DNA from: a virus
Direction: 5' to 3' (one strand)
IMG/VR virus record: IMGVR_UViG_3300036861_000275
Location: 1-64,000 of that record
Length of the DNA stretch: 64,000 bases
The position numbers and the translations under genes were made by a program. Below, piece by piece: positions 35,767-43,620 of the stretch. Below the pieces are notes generated by a model. It did no database searches. It had not been told where the DNA came from and saw only the letters and a program-made list of their open reading frames with translations. Position 1 is the stretch's first letter; each line of letters opens with the position of its first letter.

Positions 35767-36136
35767 CGAGGAACTCCTTGGCGGCCTGAATGTTCTTCCG
35801 AGTGCGCTCGGTTAAGATCGTGGTCGGCTTGGTCCGTACCAGACCCAAGTAGCTCTCACACTTCGTCCGATTGAAGAGCGTAGCCGGGCGAAGGTATTCG
35901 CTCATCTTGGGATCATCCTTCCAGGCCGCGACACGGTTGTCGATCACGGCCATCAATTGCTGCACCGTGATACCTTCAGACAGACGGGCCCTTACAAACT
36001 CCACACTCTTGCCCTCCGCTCTGAAGTATCGCTCGGCTTTCTGATTCAGGTATGTGATGACCTGTATCGCCGGGTCAGTGCATGTGGTGGCGAGGGCGGC
36101 TTCGTGTTTGTGCGCCAGCGCTCTTATATCACTCAA
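35756..36136 (-). CDS. Conserved phage replication-initiator C-terminal domain protein (Phg_2220_C-like)
   Basis: VITYLNQK...ARLSEG...VID.....W..DPKM.EYLRPATLF..KCESYL. Confidence 0.85.
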   Translation of the reverse strand: MSDIRALAHKHEAALATTCTDPAIQVITYLNQKAERYFRAEGKSVEFVRARLSEGITVQQLMAVIDNRVAAWKDDPKMSEYLRPATLFNRTKCESYLGLVRTKPTTILTERTRKNIQAAKEFLGED

Positions 36137-36166
36137 CGTGCCTTATCCCTCCGCTGGAACACGGTT

Positions 36167-36196
36167 ACCTTACGCGACCGTGAGAAACTCTGTCAA
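36167..36196 (-). promoter_or_regulatory. Sigma70-type promoter upstream of the replication and sugar operon
   Basis: TTGACA-N18-TAAGGT, then GGAGG RBS. Confidence 0.55.
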
Positions 36197-36205
36197 TCCC
36201 ATTTA

Positions 36206-36238
36206 TATAGTGGTCGTGTACAGACCAGAACCACTATA
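36206..36238. repeat. Inverted repeat with 9-bp arms (TATAGTGGT/ACCACTATA)
   Basis: Perfect arms and 15-nt spacer, directly upstream of the -35 box. Confidence 0.6.
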
Positions 36239-36590
36239 CGTTGGGGACCCCAATAGAATCCAAGAACATGGACGCTTTCTGATGGCCTGTTTGACATTCT
36301 GCCGAACGCTGTGCCTGTCTGACATCAGACCATTTCACTAGATGTTCTTGGCCTGGGCGCCATACATATACAGATTCACTGAGGCCCGACAACCAGTCGA
36401 GCACAAATACCTGCTCATCCGAGAATCCGCTTCTGTCTTTGACCTCTATAACCACTACACGACCATCTTTCTCAGCTATAAAATCCGGCCAGCCACGCCT
36501 AAATACTTGCCAGCCGGCCTTCTGAAGGCGTAGCAGACAGTCTTGTTCAGCGCGATTGCGTACCAGTATCAAAGGCTCCGGCTGTCCCAT
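36234..36590 (-). CDS. VRR-NUC/PD-(D/E)xK nuclease
   Basis: GWPDFIA...VIEVK....SDEQ. Confidence 0.82.
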   Translation of the reverse strand: MGQPEPLILVRNRAEQDCLLRLQKAGWQVFRRGWPDFIAEKDGRVVVIEVKDRSGFSDEQVFVLDWLSGLSESVYVWRPGQEHLVKWSDVRQAQRSAECQTGHQKASMFLDSIGVPNV

Positions 36591-37085
36591 TTATAGCTCG
36601 TTCCAGTGGTCCGTCAGGAACGTTTTGATGCCCTCTCCGGCGCTGTAGTCTGGGTATAGTGGCAGGAACTTCATCGCCGCCGCGGGGTAGCTATCAGCTT
36701 CCCTTAGGACCTTCGATCTCTTTGCCAGCCACAGGAGCGCTAGGGACGGCGCCCGGCTGAGACCATGGTTGCAATGAATCTCGACGCCTGGCTTGCTCGG
36801 GAGCATCCATTGGTCCAAAAAGTCCAGCGCTGTCTGGAACGACTTCAATTGAAACAGCGGCAGAGGCGGGTCGATGAGATTTAGGACCAGGTGCTCGCCG
36901 AGATCTCCGCGCAGGCACGACAAATACTCTGGATGGTCCTTTGGGAGTCGGCGACTCCCCACCGCCTGGACGTGACATGGATCTTTCGCCGCGTGAATCA
37001 TCGCCGGCTGCTTGCTCGACTTGGTCATCCATGAGCGGCAGTCTGTCACGTCCCCTAGCCAAAGCCGAGGATGTACCTCGATCAT
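36591..37085 (-). CDS. Dual-specificity protein phosphatase family
   Basis: LWLGD N-terminus; IHCNHGLSRA (HCx5R). Confidence 0.85.
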   Translation of the reverse strand: MIEVHPRLWLGDVTDCRSWMTKSSKQPAMIHAAKDPCHVQAVGSRRLPKDHPEYLSCLRGDLGEHLVLNLIDPPLPLFQLKSFQTALDFLDQWMLPSKPGVEIHCNHGLSRAPSLALLWLAKRSKVLREADSYPAAAMKFLPLYPDYSAGEGIKTFLTDHWNEL

Positions 37086-37278
37086 GTATCTTCTCTCTGG
37101 CCGGCGGATGGCTGGCCTCGTCTCCGGATTGAATAACCAGCCCGCAACGGCACTGGTGCGGTTCTCCGTGGTGGTAGCGCCCCAGGACGCACCAATGTGC
37201 GATGCCGGTCGTGCCGTGTACCCTGTCTAATCCCCGACACGATGGCATCCCAGGGTTAACATCAAACAGCCAAGCCAA
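36694..37278 (-). CDS. Small Cys/His protein (C-terminus overlaps the phosphatase gene)
   Basis: GAGGAGG RBS + TTG; HWC.L..YH.GEPHQCRCG. Confidence 0.45.
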   Translation of the reverse strand: MAWLFDVNPGMPSCRGLDRVHGTTGIAHWCVLGRYHHGEPHQCRCGLVIQSGDEASHPPAREKIHDRGTSSALARGRDRLPLMDDQVEQAAGDDSRGERSMSRPGGGESPTPKGPSRVFVVPARRSRRAPGPKSHRPASAAVSIEVVPDSAGLFGPMDAPEQARRRDSLQPWSQPGAVPSAPVAGKEIEGPKGS

Positions 37279-37301
37279 CTTAACCTCCTCTACTAATTTC
37301 C

Positions 37302-38114
37302 CTATTCAGGGTACCCTGCCGCTCCCAAGAGCCCATTCTTGCCTTCTGGAAGCGGAAACTGCTCTGACGTCGCCGCATAGATGCGGGTCAGCACTTCTCC
37401 GACAGAGAATGCCTTCAGGGCGCGCTCGGTTTTCCAGTAGATTTCGGCGTTGATGGTGCCGTTGCTGGCCCCCACCATGTCCTTGAGGAAACCCCTGAAG
37501 TACATCATGGTGGCCTCTTCTGGCTTGGGGAGGCCACCAGAGAGAATCGCTGCGGCCCGCTCCAGGGTGGCGGAGTGGAGATGATAGTAGGCACGCCCGA
37601 ACACCGATCTCACCGGAGCTATGTCCACACCCTTGCCGCCTCTGGACAATAGCTTGGTGGCGTATCGGATGGCCAGTTCGTGTTGTTTGAAGAACGTCCT
37701 GGCTGTGTTCAAGCTGCTCGGCCTCAAGCTGGGGGCACCAGCTCGATACATCTGATTGGCCGTCGCCGACTCGGCGGCTGAAACCGAGACGTCGTCCACG
37801 ATTCTCATGGTATCCGCCAGCGTGCGTCCGCGCTGTTGGTCGATGGCGGCGACCGCCTCATCCGATAGCCCATAGGCCACCATCATCCACACGCCGCGGT
37901 TGGCCCGGATGATCGCCAGAAGCCTGTGCTGGCCGTCGCGTAGCCGGCCCTTATCGTCGAACGCAATCCCTTGATGATGCAGATAGAACCTGCCGGCGAG
38001 GATGTCCGATGTCAACCTCGCGATGTCGTACTCGTTGATCTTCTTGTTCTTGTAGTTAAGAGCAAAGTACACTTCTGCCAATGCCGGGTCGATGTATTGC
38101 TGCTCGATTCTCAT
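37302..38114 (-). CDS. ParB-like/DGQHR-motif phage protein
   Basis: QGIAFDDKGRLRDGQHRLLAII...ID....RT.AD. Confidence 0.8.
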   Translation of the reverse strand: MRIEQQYIDPALAEVYFALNYKNKKINEYDIARLTSDILAGRFYLHHQGIAFDDKGRLRDGQHRLLAIIRANRGVWMMVAYGLSDEAVAAIDQQRGRTLADTMRIVDDVSVSAAESATANQMYRAGAPSLRPSSLNTARTFFKQHELAIRYATKLLSRGGKGVDIAPVRSVFGRAYYHLHSATLERAAAILSGGLPKPEEATMMYFRGFLKDMVGASNGTINAEIYWKTERALKAFSVGEVLTRIYAATSEQFPLPEGKNGLLGAAGYPE

Positions 38115-38125
38115 TACGGTCTCCT

Positions 38126-39370
38126 TTATGCCCTGAGTGTGGGCTCGAAAGTGATCCCGGACGCCTCGAATTCCGCCCGGTCTATAAAAAAATGGGGCTT
38201 GCTATCGAACTCCGCAGTAACCATCGGATAACACGTCCTTTTCACAACGCAGTAGCTGCACGGATACCCTAATTCCGCCCGGTCCAGCTTGCCAGTGCTA
38301 TTGCATTCTTCGCACGCTTTTGGTCCCCGCGCAAGAGGGATCATAGAACCTTTCCTAGTTCTCTGGATACCGCTACCGCCGCAGGTAGGACAGTCGAAAA
38401 CTGGTCCGTACTGTCGAAAAACATCCTTAGAACCTGGGCCAGCGTCGCGAGAGAACAACAGCGTCCGCCGGACGTGGTCGTGAATTAGCGTCAGCATCCC
38501 ATCATCGTAGGGATTGTCCACGTGGGCAAGATCCCATTCCTGGTCTCCGGGCAGCTCCGGTTCCCGATCGTCCTTGAGCATGTACTCCTCGGTCTTGCCG
38601 GTCAGCTTTGTGATGGTCAAGACCTTCCGCTGATGCCGGCGCGAGAAGTCCAACTCGACCAGGTGGCTGGTCTCTTTGCGCTCAGCGATCATAACGACGT
38701 CTAGACCTGTGGCCTCGCTGAGCCCGATCATCTGAGCCAGCCTACCCCAGCCTAGACGCCCCAACAGTACGTCCCTGAAGCCGAAGTTAGACATGCTCTT
38801 ATTCTCGATCACGACCAGGCGGCCGTCGATCAAGCCGAGCCAGTCAACGAATGTCGGCACCCAAACACGACTGCCGACAGAATCGACCACGAAGCCTAAC
38901 ATCTTGCCGCACCAGCCGTGAGCCGGGCGGTCGTCGCGCGATATGCCTGCATCGCAGGATGGACAGGCAATCAGTTTCATTTTTAGACGGCCATCCACGA
39001 GACGTACGTAGGGCGGCGAGAAAGTGTCGCGCCGAATGCCCCATATACGGCGGCGGGAGACCATGTCTATCATGATCCTTAACTCCTCGTCCTTGAGTGG
39101 CACCGGGAAGTAGAACGGCTCTTGCCGCAATCCGGTCAGGTTGGGGATGCACTGCCGGAAAACGTCATTCAGCCACTCTTCTTCGATGCGGCCATGAGCA
39201 AAGCGGATGAGATCTCGTGGCTGCAACGCTTCCGGGTTAGACTGCTCCGGGAAGCGCCGGAACTGAAGCGAAGCCGTGCAAGTGCCCAGCTGTGAACCGG
39301 TCGGATTGCCGCGTTCTTTGCGTTCAGCGGCTAGCCTGCCGTAGTGTGCACGTACGGATTCGATAATCAT
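38126..39370 (-). CDS. Cas4-like PD-(D/E)xK exonuclease with zinc-finger insertions
   Basis: SQLGTC (first Cys), D...IENKS, C-terminal CSYC....C. Confidence 0.7.
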   Translation of the reverse strand: MIIESVRAHYGRLAAERKERGNPTGSQLGTCTASLQFRRFPEQSNPEALQPRDLIRFAHGRIEEEWLNDVFRQCIPNLTGLRQEPFYFPVPLKDEELRIMIDMVSRRRIWGIRRDTFSPPYVRLVDGRLKMKLIACPSCDAGISRDDRPAHGWCGKMLGFVVDSVGSRVWVPTFVDWLGLIDGRLVVIENKSMSNFGFRDVLLGRLGWGRLAQMIGLSEATGLDVVMIAERKETSHLVELDFSRRHQRKVLTITKLTGKTEEYMLKDDREPELPGDQEWDLAHVDNPYDDGMLTLIHDHVRRTLLFSRDAGPGSKDVFRQYGPVFDCPTCGGSGIQRTRKGSMIPLARGPKACEECNSTGKLDRAELGYPCSYCVVKRTCYPMVTAEFDSKPHFFIDRAEFEASGITFEPTLRA

Positions 39371-39555
39371 CCGACAATCATCCGAGGTTTCCGGATTCTC
39401 CTGACTTCTTGGATGGCCGAAATCTGCTCCAGGGCGTGCTCGGCCATGGCCAAAATTAGGCGCAACTGAAGCTGGTCAAACACTAGCGCCTCCCTGGATT
39501 GCAGTGTGTCTCGGATCTGGGTCACCGCTCGTATCGCTTCGTCCTTGGCGCTCAT
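39367..39555 (-). CDS. Hypothetical protein
   Basis: AAGGAGG RBS; MSAKDEA... Confidence 0.6.
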   Translation of the reverse strand: MSAKDEAIRAVTQIRDTLQSREALVFDQLQLRLILAMAEHALEQISAIQEVRRIRKPRMIVG

Positions 39556-39621
39556 TGTGTCCCCTCCTTTCCAAGTTCCCCTATTCAGCATGCCGTTGCT
39601 CAGCCCCGCCACGCCTCGGTT

Positions 39622-40620
39622 CTACCTGCGCTTTCCCTTCAGCCGGATGGTCTGCGCCAGTATATCTCTGGCCCCACGGCCGCCGGCTTCGGCACCCTCG
39701 AACATATCGCCCTGCTCTTTGATCTGTCCGCCGTTCAGGTCTGGCGATCGGTACACCGCCGTCAAATACGCCTCGTACTCAGCCGGAGTTAGCCCGTTAG
39801 ACTGCGCCGCACGGTAGCAGCTTTCGACGGTCCATCCGTATGTTTTCTGTGCCGGCGCCCCAGCACCATCCGGGGTGCTCAATCCGGATGGGCCCATTGC
39901 TGGAGACGCCGGCTCAGACTCGATCACGTCGTCGTCGATTTCGTCCACCGGCGCGGCCGGCAGGCTCATCACTTCCACCTTGCCACCCATGGCGCGACGG
40001 TACTCGAAGACGTCCGCGTAGCTCACCGGCGCGTCGATTCGAGGCACGTGGATCGTGGTCCGCACCATATCCTGTTTCTTGGGATCGTGTCGCTGGGTCT
40101 CCTGGGGCTCCAGCTTCAGCAGGAACGGGATGCCCCTAAGTCCCCCGAACGTAGCCGCGAAATGGTCCAAGCAAGAATTTAATGAGATGATGCTGGTCCG
40201 GCCGTGCACGGTCAATTGCCAGACACCCAGCATCTTTACGTCCGGTAGCAGGAAGTTCAGCGTGGCGGTCGGCTTGCACTGCGGCTTGTCACCGTCCAGG
40301 TACTCGCAGGGGCAGGTCCGCTCCACCAGGTCGCCACCCGGGGACCAGCGCCGCGCCACTTCGCCGTTGCCGGCGCAGAAGAGACCGCCGCCGGACCGGT
40401 ACATCTTCAGGGATTGCGGGAAAATCATATCCGGGTCATCAACCGGGAGCATGATCCTCAACTCTTTCGGTTTGTCCCCGAAGACGGCCTTGACCGGGTC
40501 GGGACAGACGAAGTAGTCAGTCGCCCGCGGGAACGTTCTCCCATTGGACTCGACCATCACGCCGAGCTTGATCTTGCCGGCTCTAGGTAGCCGGCGCTTC
40601 TCCGACAATCCTTTAATCAC
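39622..40620 (-). CDS. Phage recombination protein (Gp3-like/recombination directionality factor family)
   Basis: RLPRAGKIKLG...PRATDYF...FGDKPKEL...CAGNGE...CPC...CKP...LGVWQ. Confidence 0.75.
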   Translation of the reverse strand: MIKGLSEKRRLPRAGKIKLGVMVESNGRTFPRATDYFVCPDPVKAVFGDKPKELRIMLPVDDPDMIFPQSLKMYRSGGGLFCAGNGEVARRWSPGGDLVERTCPCEYLDGDKPQCKPTATLNFLLPDVKMLGVWQLTVHGRTSIISLNSCLDHFAATFGGLRGIPFLLKLEPQETQRHDPKKQDMVRTTIHVPRIDAPVSYADVFEYRRAMGGKVEVMSLPAAPVDEIDDDVIESEPASPAMGPSGLSTPDGAGAPAQKTYGWTVESCYRAAQSNGLTPAEYEAYLTAVYRSPDLNGGQIKEQGDMFEGAEAGGRGARDILAQTIRLKGKRR

Positions 40621-40633
40621 TTTTTCAACTCCC

Positions 40634-41389
40634 TTATAGGGTTTTGATCGCAATACTTTCCTTCTGAAACACTGCAATTCCCGGAATGTTGATCTGCGCT
40701 GCCGTGAGCCCGGTCTTACCGAGACGCACGATTTCGGCCCGGATGGCTGGCTCATCAGGCTTCATCAGATGACGCGGCACTAGAGCCGTATTGATGACAT
40801 TAAAATCCCAGAGCTTCCGGACGGTGGACGTCGCCTCTTCGGTGACGGTGGTACGCTTTGGCGCCATAGCTACGGCGCGTAGGTCGACAGCCTTGACTTG
40901 CTCCTGTTGAGCCACGGTGTCCGCCGCAGCGGCCGTATCGAGGGCCTCCGCAACCGCCTCATGCTGCCCCGCCCTGTCGGCCTCGAGGGCGCGCGCCATG
41001 GCATCGTCGGCTTCCCGTTTGGCGCGTATGGCCTCTTCCTGTGCCTTGCGCGCCAGCGCGGCGGCTTCGTCGGCTTTACGTTGCTCTTCACGGGCGAAAG
41101 TTAGTATGCGCTCGCGCAGAATAGCATCCGCTTGGCTCACTGGGAGCATCACGCTTCTGAACTCAGCGTTCAAGCTATCCTTCCAGGCTTCGACCGGTTT
41201 CAGGAAGCTCCTCCGGCCAGCCTCGGCTTGATTGAGGATCGTGGAGATGCGCCCCAGTATGGTGACAGCCTGCGCCCTGGAATCAGCGTCGATGACTACA
41301 AGCGCCTTCGCCTGCTCCAAAATCGCCGCGGCTTGTGAACGGTAATCCTGAACAGCCAGCCCCTTGTCGATTAGCACTGGTACGCTCAT
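40634..41389 (-). CDS. Coiled-coil phage protein of the recombination module
   Basis: Long Ala/Glu/Arg helix; W.F.V.....VPR..M.PDE..I...IPGI.V C-terminal motif. Confidence 0.75.
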   Translation of the reverse strand: MSVPVLIDKGLAVQDYRSQAAAILEQAKALVVIDADSRAQAVTILGRISTILNQAEAGRRSFLKPVEAWKDSLNAEFRSVMLPVSQADAILRERILTFAREEQRKADEAAALARKAQEEAIRAKREADDAMARALEADRAGQHEAVAEALDTAAAADTVAQQEQVKAVDLRAVAMAPKRTTVTEEATSTVRKLWDFNVINTALVPRHLMKPDEPAIRAEIVRLGKTGLTAAQINIPGIAVFQKESIAIKTL

Positions 41390-41420
41390 TGTGGCCACCA
41401 CCTTTTTGTGTGTGATCCGC

Positions 41421-41487
41421 ATACTACGCTATCGACACAATCGTAGTCAATACCCTATTGCGACCAATTCACTTTTAGGAGTAGGGT
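41421..41487. promoter_or_regulatory. Divergent promoter pair
   Basis: - strand TTGACT-N18-TAGTAT (41450-41421); + strand TTGCGA-N18-TAGGGT (41458-41487), 7 nt before an ATG. Confidence 0.55.
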
Positions 41488-41494
41488 GGGTTTT

Positions 41495-41833
41495 ATGGAC
41501 CCAACGAAAAGACGGTCTACCAGAAACTCCCGATTCATCGTGGACTGGAACGCCGGAATGGACGAGGAGGTCCTGCGTAAGAAATACCTGTTCAATGACC
41601 GCCGCGCTGTGCGCGATTTGGCGTCATGTCTGCGCCGGCTAGGCTATACAGTGAAGCGGCGACTTCCCACCAAAAGCAAGCGTAAGGTATGGGCGGAAAC
41701 TGTCATACTCAGGACAAGGGCAGCTACCGCGGTCCTCATGGACGCAGATGGTAAACAGATTGGCACCATGGACCCCATGACTAGAAAACCAAGCTGGTTC
41801 GGCGTGCCGACCGACGGAGGGCGATATGAGTAG
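41495..41833 (+). CDS. Basic hypothetical protein, possible transcription regulator
   Basis: Divergent from the recombination operon; Arg/Lys rich with HTH-like helices. Confidence 0.55.
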   Translation: MDPTKRRSTRNSRFIVDWNAGMDEEVLRKKYLFNDRRAVRDLASCLRRLGYTVKRRLPTKSKRKVWAETVILRTRAATAVLMDADGKQIGTMDPMTRKPSWFGVPTDGGRYE

Positions 41834-42218
41834 AGAGAGCGATTTCCTGAATGGTCTCATGGAGAAGAACAAAGAGGTCGAGCGTCTGACGGAAGACGTC
41901 GCCAGACTGCGCACCGAACTGGATGGACAATTGGCGGCTACGCTTCGCGTCAGAGAGGACGCCAACAAGTGGTTTCACGCCTATCAGGACGAGTTTAGCG
42001 AGAGCATCCGCCTGCGCGCCGAGCGAGATGAGATGTTCACCGCCAAAGTTATGGATGAGGTAGTGGCGGCTGAAACGGAGAAGCTGAGGGCCGAGGTAGC
42101 CCGTCTGCGTGTAATCGCAGACAAGGCGTATGCGCTGGCCGTATTTATGGGACGGGATGCAAACCCCACATCAGCTTGGGCGGACTTCTACAATACCGCT
42201 ATGGCCGTCCAGCCTTGA
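41826..42218 (+). CDS. Coiled-coil hypothetical protein
   Basis: EVERL/EVARL repeats; GGAGG RBS. Confidence 0.65.
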   Translation: MSRESDFLNGLMEKNKEVERLTEDVARLRTELDGQLAATLRVREDANKWFHAYQDEFSESIRLRAERDEMFTAKVMDEVVAAETEKLRAEVARLRVIADKAYALAVFMGRDANPTSAWADFYNTAMAVQP

Positions 42219-42387
42219 GACAAACAAGCCTGGGGCGCCGGCACACAGAACATTCAAGCGTGCGCCAAGCGTCCCCAGGCCCGATCCGAAACGCTCTACC
42301 CGGCACGTCGTGATGTCCTAGCCAGGAGCAGAGCAGGCCGCCTAGAATACGATCCTTCCACGTGCGCGGCCTGGCTGGCCGGCGCAT
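42199..42387 (-). CDS. Small zinc-binding phage protein (LCxxxGH...CxxC)
   Basis: LLCSWLGHH...ECSVC; GAGG RBS. Confidence 0.55.
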   Translation of the reverse strand: MRRPARPRTWKDRILGGLLCSWLGHHDVPGRAFRIGPGDAWRTLECSVCRRPRLVCLKAGRP

Positions 42388-42400
42388 CTAGGCACCTCAG

Positions 42401-42685
42401 TTACTTCGTCGACAGCTTGTCGACGCCAGTCAACTTCTGGAAAAGGTTGACTAGTACGTCTCCTGCCAGGTATGCAACAGCCCCCACTAGGGCAGCCTGT
42501 TGCAGCACGCTGGCGTCCTTCGGGATCGGGATCACTGGGAAGAGCGGGAGGAGGACTCCGACCGCGCCGCCCAAGAGAACGTCCGCAATCGACTTCCGGG
42601 AGAGCGTGACCTGATCGTTGCTGACGAAGGCTTTGAGGGCTGACCCGGCGATGCCCCCGAGGGCAAGGTAGACACTGACGTCCAT
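42401..42685 (-). CDS. Putative holin (3 TM)
   Basis: AGGAGG RBS; three hydrophobic segments; downstream of lysozyme. Confidence 0.65.
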   Translation of the reverse strand: MDVSVYLALGGIAGSALKAFVSNDQVTLSRKSIADVLLGGAVGVLLPLFPVIPIPKDASVLQQAALVGAVAYLAGDVLVNLFQKLTGVDKLSTK

Positions 42686-42852
42686 AGGATACCTCCTGTC
42701 GTGGTTGAAGGAACTACCGTCCGTGCTTCTAATATAGCGCAGATGATGCCCATCACCGCTATGATTATTGCGAGTCCCGCAAAGCCTATGGCAAAGTATC
42801 CGGCCATGGCTGATGTCTGAGGAGAAAAGAGCACTATATCGCGTAGTTCCAT
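42532..42852 (-). CDS. Single-TM hypothetical protein (overlaps holin)
   Basis: TAATG-coupled; GYFAIGFAGLAIIIAVMGIICAIL. Confidence 0.45.
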   Translation of the reverse strand: MELRDIVLFSPQTSAMAGYFAIGFAGLAIIIAVMGIICAILEARTVVPSTTTGGILWTSVSTLPSGASPGQPSKPSSATIRSRSPGSRLRTFSWAARSESSSRSSQ

Positions 42853-42977
42853 TACACGCTCTGCCTGGTGGAGCCGTCGACCCACCCGCACACACATCTC
42901 CACAGGCGCACAATCGGGTCGAAATACGCCGTGTGTTGCCCGCATCTTTGGCAGTGCCGGGGATCATTGGCTAGCAT
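42852..42977 (-). CDS. Small zinc-ribbon protein
   Basis: CQRCG...WRCVCGW; TAATG-coupled. Confidence 0.5.
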   Translation of the reverse strand: MLANDPRHCQRCGQHTAYFDPIVRLWRCVCGWVDGSTRQSV

Positions 42978-43399
42978 TAGTTCCATTCTCCGGTCCGAAG
43001 TTGTGTCATCAATCTCTCTGCCCGTATTCCTACCTGACGGGCCCACTTTGAAGCAAGCCCCTCTCGGGCAGCTGTCTCCCAGTCTCCAGCCTCAGCGGCC
43101 TTGAGCATTTTCTCGAACTTGGCAAGTCCAGCGACACCGAGATTATACCCCATGTTCACGAAGGCTCCGCGTCTCGGTTCATCCAGAATTCTCATCCACG
43201 GCCATCGCCCTAAAACCTCGGCCGTGGTCTCGGAAAGCACCTCGTCGAGAATGAACTCAGCCGCTCTCAGGGAGAGCTTTCGCCGCTCCAGACAGAACCC
43301 GATTCCTACCGTCCAGAGCCCTTGAGAATCCTGGTATGGGGTCGGACGATAGCCCTCGTCCCGTATAAGCTGCTCACGGAGGTTAGTCGGAGCACTCAT
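42977..43399 (-). CDS. Endolysin, T4-type lysozyme (GH24)
   Basis: DEGYR..PYQD..G.WTVGIG (E-D-T triad), NMGYNLG, SKWARQVG.RA.RL. Confidence 0.93.
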   Translation of the reverse strand: MSAPTNLREQLIRDEGYRPTPYQDSQGLWTVGIGFCLERRKLSLRAAEFILDEVLSETTAEVLGRWPWMRILDEPRRGAFVNMGYNLGVAGLAKFEKMLKAAEAGDWETAAREGLASKWARQVGIRAERLMTQLRTGEWN

Positions 43400-43620
43400 C
43401 AGTCGCACTCCCTTTGTGCCACTTCGTCACCGCGCCATGTGCCGCGGCAGATAAGACGCAACGTCTTCTGATTACTCTCGTCGTGTCTCTTCAGGGCAGT
43501 CGTCAACGGGCTCGCTAGGACACCGTCAAAGGCTCCAAGTATGTATAGACACAAGAAAGTAGGTACTCCGATCACCCCTACGGCTTTAACCCACCACGGC
43601 ATCCGATCTGTAGGGTTCAT
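43399..43620 (-). CDS. Small membrane protein (holin/antiholin-like)
   Basis: WWVKAVGVIGVPTFLCLYIL TM segment; directly upstream of lysozyme. Confidence 0.6.
   Translation of the reverse strand: MNPTDRMPWWVKAVGVIGVPTFLCLYILGAFDGVLASPLTTALKRHDESNQKTLRLICRGTWRGDEVAQRECD

Noticed and set aside
38126-39370. CRISPR-Cas system
   Set aside because: Only a solo Cas4-like nuclease in a recombination module; no repeat-spacer array or other cas genes seen
1927-42852. Long same-strand overlaps (1927..2397, 36694..37278, 42532..42852) as dual-coding regions
   Set aside because: The overlapping tails are low-complexity run-ons with no motifs, best explained by late stop codons in GC-rich DNA
42199-43620. 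Spanin genes in the lysis cassette
   Set aside because: No lipobox-bearing o-spanin or clear i-spanin could be identified
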